Shown: positions 1-7,647 of the stretch, piece by piece
Layout of the letters: the number at the start of each line of letters is the position of its first letter
How positions within the stretch are numbered: the first letter of the stretch is position 1
Assembly: GCA_019828565.1 (NCBI GenBank)
Contig: JAHDYR010000008.1
Coordinates: 124,001 to 188,000, forward strand
Direction of reading: 5' to 3'
Source of the DNA: Carpediemonas membranifera BICM
Lineage: Eukaryota; Protista; Fornicata
DNA: 64,000 bases
Translations under genes and position numbers: made by a program
Notes under the pieces: generated by a model
Databases searched by the model: none
Told to the model about the DNA's origin: nothing
What the model saw: only the letters and a program-made list of their open reading frames with translations

Positions 1-1503
1 CAGGATCAAGAGCTCGGACCAATGGGAAGAGACTATAAGAGCATGCATGGGCGACCCAGTGAACAACAGGGGAGCAAAGGCAAGGGACAAAGTGTTCGGG
101 AACGGAGTGTGGAGCGAACTCCAGCGAACCCCATGGACAGAAATAGGCAACAGGACCTATGAGAGCCATCACAGAGCTGGCCCAAGGCGCTGACCTGAAG
201 AGAGAAATTAGCAGACTATGCCCCCTATGCTCGGAGGAGTCGGAGGTGAGCCTGTTCTACAGGATCATTAGGGAAAAGCCAGGACCAGCAAGGAAGCAGG
301 AAATGATCAGGGAGTGGGCAGAGGGCCAGAGGCTAGGATCGGCAGCGCACATAATCTGTGAATGCCCGGCAGTAGACAGGGGAGAAGCTTGGACAAAGCT
401 GTGGACAGCAGCGAAGCACAAAACTAAGGACTTGGAAGTAAGGCAGGGCCCCCAGGGCGAATGGTACCAGGAAAGACCCATCCTAGAATTACAGCAACTA
501 ATAATATGGGGCTCGGAGGACATTTGGGAAGGCCTCACGGCAGGACTACGGGAACTGGCAAAGGTTTACAACAGCTTCAAGGTGGAATAGAAGCATGTCA
601 TGAACCCCTGACTCCAGGACCGGGAAGGGATGGACAAGGAATCAGCCATGGACCACCCTCGCTGGTGCTAAGCTCCTGGGATCAGTGAGGAAAGGCCCCA
701 CGTATCCCGGTAGCCAGGAACCAAAGCAAGGGAAGGAACGACTGCAAGGAAATAACAGGAAGGACAGACCAGAAATAAGAAAGAAAGGACATGCGACAAG
801 GACAGAGCAAGGATAAGGTCAAGGAAATCCATATTCATATGGTTGCACCACTCGTTGGGACCCCAAGGAAACTGCAGGGACTGGCCACGGGGGTCGGAGG
901 GGCACAGGTGCCCCTGCCGCCCTTGTTAACGACATGGGAAACCAAGGACATGTAGTGCAAGCGAAATGTTGTAAGGGGTAACAGGACAACCAGGCCTAGT
1001 GCCTGGGGGTACACCACCCATGCCCTGACCCACGCCACCTAACCGGGGTAGACAGCATGGACTTAGTCACTTTCCCCGCCTTCGGGTAGGCTTCTTAACA
1101 GAGTCGAGGGGGCATGGAATTGGGGAACCGGACAGACGAGAGGGTGCCGTGGCTGAACGGCTCTGCAAGGACTGCAGGGAAGCAAGGAGTGTCATAGTCA
1201 AGGTTCTGCAGGACGATCCTGCCTGTCAATGCCCCGAGGACAGACCCCCAGGCTCCCCGGATAGTTGCCGGACTTTCAGGGAGACAGGAAAGCATATTTG
1301 CACGGAGATGGCCGCAGGGCCTCTGGGGCGATTGGAATCGGCTTTCCGCGGAGACAGTAGCACCGAAAGCCCAAGGCAAACGCTGCTGACCAGTTTGCCA
1401 CGGGAAATAGGCAGTACCCCGGGGCACTCAGCTCCAAGACAACGGGAAACAAGCTCAGTCCGGGGTCAGAATCCAAGCACCATAAATTTATTTATTATTA
1501 TTT
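1..1503 (+). mobile_element. 3' part of RT-less LINE-like element, copy 1 (continues off the left edge)
   Basis: Reverse complement of 3960-5463. ORF translations are identical, with one 1-bp indel near 781/4682. Ends in the T-rich tail ATTTATTATTATTT (1490-1503), joined sharply to YR-retrotransposon sequence at 1504. Confidence 0.9.
159..590 (+). CDS. LINE-type C-terminal zinc-knuckle protein (copy 1)
   Basis: LCPLC...AAHIICECP resembles the Cx2C...Hx3CP knuckle at the end of non-LTR ORF2 proteins. Identical to 4874-5305. Confidence 0.7.
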   Translation: MRAITELAQGADLKREISRLCPLCSEESEVSLFYRIIREKPGPARKQEMIREWAEGQRLGSAAHIICECPAVDRGEAWTKLWTAAKHKTKDLEVRQGPQGEWYQERPILELQQLIIWGSEDIWEGLTAGLRELAKVYNSFKVE

Positions 1504-1505
1504 CT

Positions 1506-3353
1506 TCACATCTCGCAGCAGATGCGTCGCCAGCTCAACAGCTGGCTAGCGCTGCTCAGAGATCGTCCATCCAGACCCTTCGCTCAGGCCAGGGCAGACT
1601 GGGAGATCAAGGACGAACTCCAGCTCTCGGTCGCATCCGACGCGTCCTCCTTCGCGTGGGGCGCCTGCCTATTCAACGGCGACCAGGGCCGCTCGGCTCA
1701 AGGCCGCTTTCCTCCCGAGTTCCGAGACTCTCATATCGGAGTCAAGGAGCTCTACGCGATTGGCCAGGCTATCAAGCTCACCCCAACCCAGCGCACCAGG
1801 ACCCAACTAGCTATCTTTTCGGACAACACCGCGGCCATCGCATGGGTCAACCGCCAGGGCTCCCCATGTCTCGCCGACACGGCCATTCGACTCCTGCAGG
1901 ATATCTTCACCACGGCGAACACGAAGAATGTCGATATTCACTGCTTCCATATCGCAGGGCACCTCAATGTCCAGGCGGACCGGCTGTCGAGATTCGCAAA
2001 GCTCGATTGGCACTCACCCCGCGAGGTACTCGAGACGATAATGGCCAAGTGGGGTCCGGCGGAGATAGACGTCACTGCATCTCCGGACAAGAAGCTCGCA
2101 CTGCCAGGATTCGTCAGGAAAGCTTGGTCCCTCGACGATCACGGCTTCCAGCGCTCCTGGACCGGCGCCAGGATCTATCTGGCTCCGCCGACAGCGCTCT
2201 TGGGAGCGGCACATCGTCGTCTGGAGAAGATTCGGACGCCTCAGACCCCGACTACGTCCCCTCGGACGTGGAGGTCAGCGGCAATACTCCTCTTCCCCGA
2301 TCTCAACTCACCCGAAGTCAGAGCGCTGAAACGGCTGTCCCAACACAAGATGTATCTCAGAGTCCACTCCTCGCACATGCTCAACACGGAGCTATCCTGG
2401 ACCGAGAGGCAAGGAAAGATCAGAATGATTGCGATGATCGTCAAGACCCGTTCGACGAACTCCTCCGCCACGACAGGCTATCTCACTTCCGAAACGAGTC
2501 ATCGCGCCGCTCAGCGGCTGGCTGGGTCTCTAAGTTCGTCCTATCGCGACAGGCAGCCCTCTCCGACGCCGAACAACTCAGAGCATTCCTCCTCGCCGAG
2601 GGCGAGACCACTGGCCCGCAGAGTATCCACAGAAAGGGCTACTGGATCTGTCAAGCGGCTCCACTCGTCTCCAACTGGCGACCTCCGCCAGAAGCCAGGC
2701 AGATCATCAAGAGTGCGGAGAACGTAGCATCTCTCGACGGCCTAACAGGAGGCGCACTACCGGTGACCAGAGCCCAGGTCCGCAAGGTCGTCGACAGGCG
2801 ACGCTCCTCACCGAAAGCGTTCCAGGTAGCGCTGTTCGCTGCACTTACATTCATCTCAGTCAGCCGGGGAGGCGAGATCTTCGGCCTGACGAGAGGCGAC
2901 ATCTCTTTCGATGAACAGGGCAACGCTATGCTCTGGTTCCCCCGCACCAAGACGGCCAAGGGCATCCATAAGCTTATTCCTAACAGGTCATGGGACCGCT
3001 TCAACCCGGCAAGAGCCCTCAAGGCCTGGGTCCCAACTGCGACGCGACACAATTCCGACTCGATCTGGCGCATGATCGGTCCATCGGGAGGTATATCACT
3101 CACGTGTCCACTTGCAGCGTCCACCCTCCGCACATGGATCCACAGCGCCTTCGGCCCGAGCGTTTCATGGCACTCCTTCCGCAAGGGGGCAGCTACTGAG
3201 CTGGCAGTGGCCAACACAAACACGGAGGTCCTCCTTTCAATGGGCACGTGGTCATCTACGAAGAGCATGCTGAGGTACATGGGTAACGGGGTACGCACCC
3301 ATCCAGGGGTCCAGGGTCACCTGGCCTCAATTCTACTACAACCACCACTCTAA
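1506..3353 (+). CDS. Tyrosine recombinase frame, copy 1
   Basis: SVSRGGE (R), RTKT (K), WHSFRKG (HxxR), MGTW...MLRY (W/Y). The ORF-track start at 1149 lies in the inserted element. Confidence 0.88.
   Translation, partial: SHLAADASPAQQLASAAQRSSIQTLRSGQGRLGDQGRTPALGRIRRVLLRVGRLPIQRRPGPLGSRPLSSRVPRLSYRSQGALRDWPGYQAHPNPAHQDPTSYLFGQHRGHRMGQPPGLPMSRRHGHSTPAGYLHHGEHEECRYSLLPYRRAPQCPGGPAVEIRKARLALTPRGTRDDNGQVGSGGDRRHCISGQEARTARIRQESLVPRRSRLPALLDRRQDLSGSADSALGSGTSSSGEDSDASDPDYVPSDVEVSGNTPLPRSQLTRSQSAETAVPTQDVSQSPLLAHAQHGAILDREARKDQNDCDDRQDPFDELLRHDRLSHFRNESSRRSAAGWVSKFVLSRQAALSDAEQLRAFLLAEGETTGPQSIHRKGYWICQAAPLVSNWRPPPEARQIIKSAENVASLDGLTGGALPVTRAQVRKVVDRRRSSPKAFQVALFAALTFISVSRGGEIFGLTRGDISFDEQGNAMLWFPRTKTAKGIHKLIPNRSWDRFNPARALKAWVPTATRHNSDSIWRMIGPSGGISLTCPLAASTLRTWIHSAFGPSVSWHSFRKGAATELAVANTNTEVLLSMGTWSSTKSMLRYMGNGVRTHPGVQGHLASILLQPPL
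1522..2727 (+). pseudogene. Truncated RNase H + methyltransferase-like part of the pol ORF (RT separated by the insertion)
   Basis: VASDASSFAWG, HIGVKELYAI, FSDNTAA, NVQADRLSR. Identical to the C-terminal 401 aa of 10974-13124. Confidence 0.85.
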
Positions 3354-3490
3354 ATCACGACGGGAGTCGTGGGGCAGTGACGATTAGCACGGTACCGACA
3401 TTCTTGGACGCGAACCCTCGAGGGGTTGGTCGGGGGGCCCACCTGCGTGCCTGTGGGCCAACCATTGTTAGCACGTTGCCGGCGGGATAT

Positions 3491-3536
3491 CCCCGTTGGT
3501 TAATGAAAAGAATGTCATGAGGCTAGGATAGCTAGC
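3491..3536 (+). repeat. Split direct repeat B (46 bp) of YR element copy 1
   Basis: CCCCGTTGGTTAATGAAAAGAATGTCATGAGGCTAGGATAGCTAGC, also at 13888-13933 and 14204-14249. Confidence 0.9.
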
Positions 3537-3697
3537 TGGCGCTACATCGTCAGTAAGGTTACCTCGGGTAACGGGCCCGGAGCGGAGGGCGATGCGATAG
3601 CCTCACTCCGGGCAAAAGGTGTTTCGCCGGTCAGGCGAGTCACGCAGTTTATGCGGACAGAATGGCGCAAGGTTCGGATCCGCCGGATCCGACGGCA
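3537..3697 (+). repeat. Split direct repeat A (~161 bp), shared by copy 1 (as A2) and copy 2 (as A1)
   Basis: Identical to 13934-14094. Contains the gag ATG at 3662. Confidence 0.8.
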
Positions 3698-3959
3698 ACA
3701 CGCTTAGATAAGCTAGAAGCTTCAATCAATTCCATGTCCGAAGCCCTAAACAGGCTTGCTCCTCCGCCTCCGCCAGAGAAAGAACCTGACGACGAAATGC
3801 TCGAAAGTTCCACCGTTGCTAGGTTCAATACCTCCGAATCGTTGGAGGAGGACACGATGGAGGACATAGATGCAACTCTGGCAGAGATGGACACCTTCTC
3901 GGAGTTACCAAGCAAGAGACCTCTCAAGGCAGAAGCGAAGTGGCTTCAACGCGTTGTCG
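3662..3959 (+). pseudogene. gag-like ORF, 5' half (interrupted)
   Basis: Removing 3960-10690 restores the frame ...KWLQRVV-VITSALPD..., giving ~184 aa. Its position upstream of RT is typical of DIRS gag. Confidence 0.75.
3943..3959 (+). repeat. Target-site duplication, left copy (17 bp GCTTCAACGCGTTGTCG)
   Basis: Exact repeat at 10674-10690 flanking the insertion. Confidence 0.92.
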
Positions 3960-4873
3960 AAAGAAAAAGAAAGAAATTTATGGTGCTTGGATTCTGACCC
4001 CGGACTGAGCTTGTTTCCCGTTGTCTTGGAGCTGAGTGCCCCGGGGTACTGCCTATTTCCCGTGGCAAACTGGTCAGCAGCGTTTGCCTTGGGCTTTCGG
4101 TGCTACTGTCTCCGCGGAAAGCCGATTCCAATCGCCCCAGAGGCCCTGCGGCCATCTCCGTGCAAATATGCTTTCCTGTCTCCCTGAAAGTCCGGCAACT
4201 ATCCGGGGAGCCTGGGGGTCTGTCCTCGGGGCATTGACAGGCAGGATCGTCCTGCAGAACCTTGACTATGACACTCCTTGCTTCCCTGCAGTCCTTGCAG
4301 AGCCGTTCAGCCACGGCACCCTCTCGTCTGTCCGGTTCCCCAATTCCATGCCCCCTCGACTCTGTTAAGAAGCCTACCCGAAGGCGGGGAAAGTGACTAA
4401 GTCCATGCTGTCTACCCCGGTTAGGTGGCGTGGGTCAGGGCATGGGTGGTGTACCCCCAGGCACTAGGCCTGGTTGTCCTGTTACCCCTTACAACATTTC
4501 GCTTGCACTACATGTCCTTGGTTTCCCATGTCGTTAACAAGGGCGGCAGGGGCACCTGTGCCCCTCCGACCCCCGTGGCCAGTCCCTGCAGTTTCCTTGG
4601 GGTCCCAACGAGTGGTGCAACCATATGAATATGGATTTCCTTGACCTTATCCTTGCTCTGTCCTTGTCGCATGTCCTTTCTTTTCTTATTTCTGGTCTGT
4701 CCTTCCTGTTATTTCCTTGCAGTCGTTCCTTCCCTTGCTTTGGTTCCTGGCTACCGGGATACGTGGGGCCTTTCCTCACTGATCCCAGGAGCTTAGCACC
4801 AGCGAGGGTGGTCCATGGCTGATTCCTTGTCCATCCCTTCCCGGTCCTGGAGTCAGGGGTTCATGACATGCTT

Positions 4874-5305
4874 CTATTCCACCTTGAAGCTGTTGTAAAC
4901 CTTTGCCAGTTCCCGTAGTCCTGCCGTGAGGCCTTCCCAAATGTCCTCCGAGCCCCATATTATTAGTTGCTGTAATTCTAGGATGGGTCTTTCCTGGTAC
5001 CATTCGCCCTGGGGGCCCTGCCTTACTTCCAAGTCCTTAGTTTTGTGCTTCGCTGCTGTCCACAGCTTTGTCCAAGCTTCTCCCCTGTCTACTGCCGGGC
5101 ATTCACAGATTATGTGCGCTGCCGATCCTAGCCTCTGGCCCTCTGCCCACTCCCTGATCATTTCCTGCTTCCTTGCTGGTCCTGGCTTTTCCCTAATGAT
5201 CCTGTAGAACAGGCTCACCTCCGACTCCTCCGAGCATAGGGGGCATAGTCTGCTAATTTCTCTCTTCAGGTCAGCGCCTTGGGCCAGCTCTGTGATGGCT
5301 CTCAT
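4874..5305 (-). CDS. LINE-type C-terminal zinc-knuckle protein (copy 2)
   Basis: CPLC...HIICECP. Overlaps the end of the APE ORF in the +1 frame. Confidence 0.7.
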   Translation of the reverse strand: MRAITELAQGADLKREISRLCPLCSEESEVSLFYRIIREKPGPARKQEMIREWAEGQRLGSAAHIICECPAVDRGEAWTKLWTAAKHKTKDLEVRQGPQGEWYQERPILELQQLIIWGSEDIWEGLTAGLRELAKVYNSFKVE

Positions 5306-6365
5306 AGGTCCTGTTGCCTATTTCTGTCCATGGGGTTCGCTGGAGTTCGCTCCACACTCCGTTCCCGAACACTTTGTCCCTTGCCTTTGCTCCCCTGTTG
5401 TTCACTGGGTCGCCCATGCATGCTCTTATAGTCTCTTCCCATTGGTCCGAGCTCTTGATCCTGTTCAGCTTTGAGACTGTGACTGGCCCCTCCTTCTTTT
5501 TCATGGGCCAGGTGTGCACCTCGGGTATGGCCAGAGCCACGTCTCGCTCACTTCTGCCATAGTACCGTTGTTCCTTCCATGCTAGTGTGATTCCATTGTG
5601 TGCTGAGCCCCATACCCCGACCTTCTGAGACTCTACCACCTCAATCTCCGCCCCCTGGATTCCTGGTGTTGTCACTGCAAAGTCCGGGGTTGATGTTCCT
5701 GATGTGAGTGTCCCAGACTTGGGTATGATGGCTTTGAGCCTGTGCTTCTCCATCATATCCTTCCACCGGGTGGATCTTTCCATCTGGCCTGGGTCGATGT
5801 TCCAGTCTCCCATAATTATGGCCTCCATGCTCCCTTTCATGTCCATGATCTTCTGTATAGTGTCCCTGAATCCATCCTTCTCCTGCTTGCTGTGGCCGGA
5901 TGGAGGGCCATACACGTTGATGACTAGTATGTCCCTGCCGGTTCTCATTATGCTGGCTTGCACTCTTCCCGATAGGCTGTCCGATATGCCGATGTCCCAC
6001 TTTGCAGTTGCGTGTGGGCTCACTATCGTGCCGATGCCTTCCCTTGTTCCCTTCCATCTTGGCGCAGGTTCGTCATTGCCTGCTATGCCTAGTTGTCGGT
6101 TGATGCGGTGCTGACTTTTGACATCCGCCTTTCGTTTTTCGTTGGCTAAGACCAGGTCCTCTTCCGTCTCCCTCCCTGCTAGTGCGTAGTCAAGGTCCAT
6201 GAAGCAATGAACCCTCGTATTCGCCGTTCTCCATGTCTCTTGTATGAGTACTGCCTCTATGTCCTTCAACCTTAGCTGAATCGCCGTTGCCATAGACGCC
6301 GTGAAGTCCTTTCCTCTTCCTATGTGTCCCTCTGTGTTCAGACTAAGTATCTTGTAGGTTACCAT
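5271..6365 (-). CDS. Apurinic/apyrimidinic-type (EEP) retroelement endonuclease
   Basis: ILSLNTEG, VLIQETW, VINVYGP, IIMGDWN, TPDFAV and GSAH (SDH-like) motifs in canonical order. Confidence 0.88.
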   Translation of the reverse strand: MVTYKILSLNTEGHIGRGKDFTASMATAIQLRLKDIEAVLIQETWRTANTRVHCFMDLDYALAGRETEEDLVLANEKRKADVKSQHRINRQLGIAGNDEPAPRWKGTREGIGTIVSPHATAKWDIGISDSLSGRVQASIMRTGRDILVINVYGPPSGHSKQEKDGFRDTIQKIMDMKGSMEAIIMGDWNIDPGQMERSTRWKDMMEKHRLKAIIPKSGTLTSGTSTPDFAVTTPGIQGAEIEVVESQKVGVWGSAHNGITLAWKEQRYYGRSERDVALAIPEVHTWPMKKKEGPVTVSKLNRIKSSDQWEETIRACMGDPVNNRGAKARDKVFGNGVWSELQRTPWTEIGNRTYESHHRAGPRR

Positions 6366-6696
6366 TGCCTTTGTCCTGTTTCCTTATCCTGCGAATTCCC
6401 AGAATTTGGGAGCCCCAGCTTCCCGCTCCTCTCCTGCTATCCTTGTCCTGACAAGGGGCCTAGATGCCGGTCTCGGTGACCCTTGTCAGGCCAACCTTGT
6501 TACCACCTGGTGACCTTCCATTCTTCGGGCAGGGTACTTAGGAGGGGGACGATATGACGTGACCCCCCTTTGGCTGCCGCTACAGCCTACCGGCAGTGCA
6601 TTTCAGCTAATGCCGGGCCCTGGGTGGGAGCCAGGGCTTGTGAATTATAAAGAAAATGTTGCTTGTTCCTTGAAAGAATACTGCTTTACCATGTCC

Positions 6697-7647
6697 TTAC
6701 TCCTCCTCCGTGGACTCCCCACTGCCGCTGCAGCTGTCCTCGGCCTGACTCACTTGCTGTCCTTGTAGACTCTGCATTACCGTGATGAACTGGGTCATCA
6801 GGTCCATGGGTGAGATCTGCTTGGCCTTCTTAGCCTTCTTGTGCTTGTGCCGGGGGATCGTGGGCTTCTCCTTGCTGGGCTTAGTCGCGACGCCGGAGAG
6901 CACCAACCTTCCGTGGCCTTGCTCTTGCATGAGTCGGGCAGCCTTGAGCGCTGAGATCTCTTGTTGCGCCTCTGCCAACTGCTTTCGGAGCCGCAGCTTC
7001 TCCGAGTCCATGCCGGTTGCCTGTCTGCTTCCAGACTCCCAGTCCATGTCCTCTTCGTGCCTGCTTCTCTTTCCGCTGTCCGAGTCCATGATCCTACTCG
7101 TGCTGCCCTCCTTGCGCTTGAGCGTCGTGGAGGAAGAGTGATCCTTGCTGTTGTCCATGCCTCCCTCTGAGCCTCTACCGGCCCAGGTGTTCCCGCTGAA
7201 CGAGCCTCTCATCTGCGTTCCCGTGTTGTCCTGTCTCTCCCTGTCGTCTCCTCCGTGGTTACGATCCGAGGTCCTGTTCATGTTACCAGCTCTGTCGCCG
7301 GTTCTGTCGTCAGCTCTGACACCAGCTCTACCGCCGGCTCCGTGTCCTACCCTTCTGTCCTCTTCCCTGTCTCCATGCTGGTCGTGATGTCCTTGATCCG
7401 CGTCCTGGCCGAAGTGCCTGCCCACCATCCTGGTGCTAATCCGCCTCGCCTTTTCCTCCAGGCCGTTGTCGAAGAACCTACTTTGGTATGGCTGTTCGGA
7501 CTTTCCGTCGATGGTGGGGACATACGTGATGCCTGGGACATTGACTGTGTTGGCTCTGGGCTCGTCCGGGATAGCTGCCGAGACTAGTCTGGCCCCTTCC
7601 TTGCGCATGCGGCTTAGGATGGTCCCAGCCTCGCTGACCCTGACCAT
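6697..7647 (-). CDS. ORF1b: low-complexity/coiled-coil basic protein, probably the C-terminus of ORF1
   Basis: Overlaps ORF1a in the +1 frame. One base fewer in the C5 run at 7649-7653 fuses the two (~1125 aa). Confidence 0.6.
   Translation of the reverse strand: MVRVSEAGTILSRMRKEGARLVSAAIPDEPRANTVNVPGITYVPTIDGKSEQPYQSRFFDNGLEEKARRISTRMVGRHFGQDADQGHHDQHGDREEDRRVGHGAGGRAGVRADDRTGDRAGNMNRTSDRNHGGDDRERQDNTGTQMRGSFSGNTWAGRGSEGGMDNSKDHSSSTTLKRKEGSTSRIMDSDSGKRSRHEEDMDWESGSRQATGMDSEKLRLRKQLAEAQQEISALKAARLMQEQGHGRLVLSGVATKPSKEKPTIPRHKHKKAKKAKQISPMDLMTQFITVMQSLQGQQVSQAEDSCSGSGESTEEE

Larger units (their letters stand above)
1504..3697 (+). mobile_element. 3' part of tyrosine-recombinase retrotransposon, copy 1 (interrupted at 1503/1504)
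   Basis: Direct repeat of 11901-14094 (offset 10397, 2194 bp) with identical ORF translations. Confidence 0.92.

Noticed and set aside
642-720. HDV-like ribozyme resemblance (CATGGACCACCCTCGCTGGTGC)
   Set aside because: Could not build P1, P1.1 or P2 pairings.
1149-1503. N-terminus of the 734-aa ORF as a native recombinase start
   Set aside because: It comes from the inserted element. The intact copy (10778-13750) has different upstream sequence.
1490-1503. Diversity-generating retroelement interpretation of the A-specific differences
   Set aside because: Only four positions, with no template/variable repeat pair in a target gene and no DGR-type RT.
1-5463. 1.5-kb inverted repeat read as the terminal inverted repeats of one element around the recombinase
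   Set aside because: The arms are the 3' ends of two separately inserted copies in opposite orientations. The right arm continues to 10673 and has its own TSD.
7619-7636. ATGGTCCCAGCCTC match to the HDV genomic ribozyme
   Set aside because: Antisense to coding sequence, and the rest of the fold is absent.
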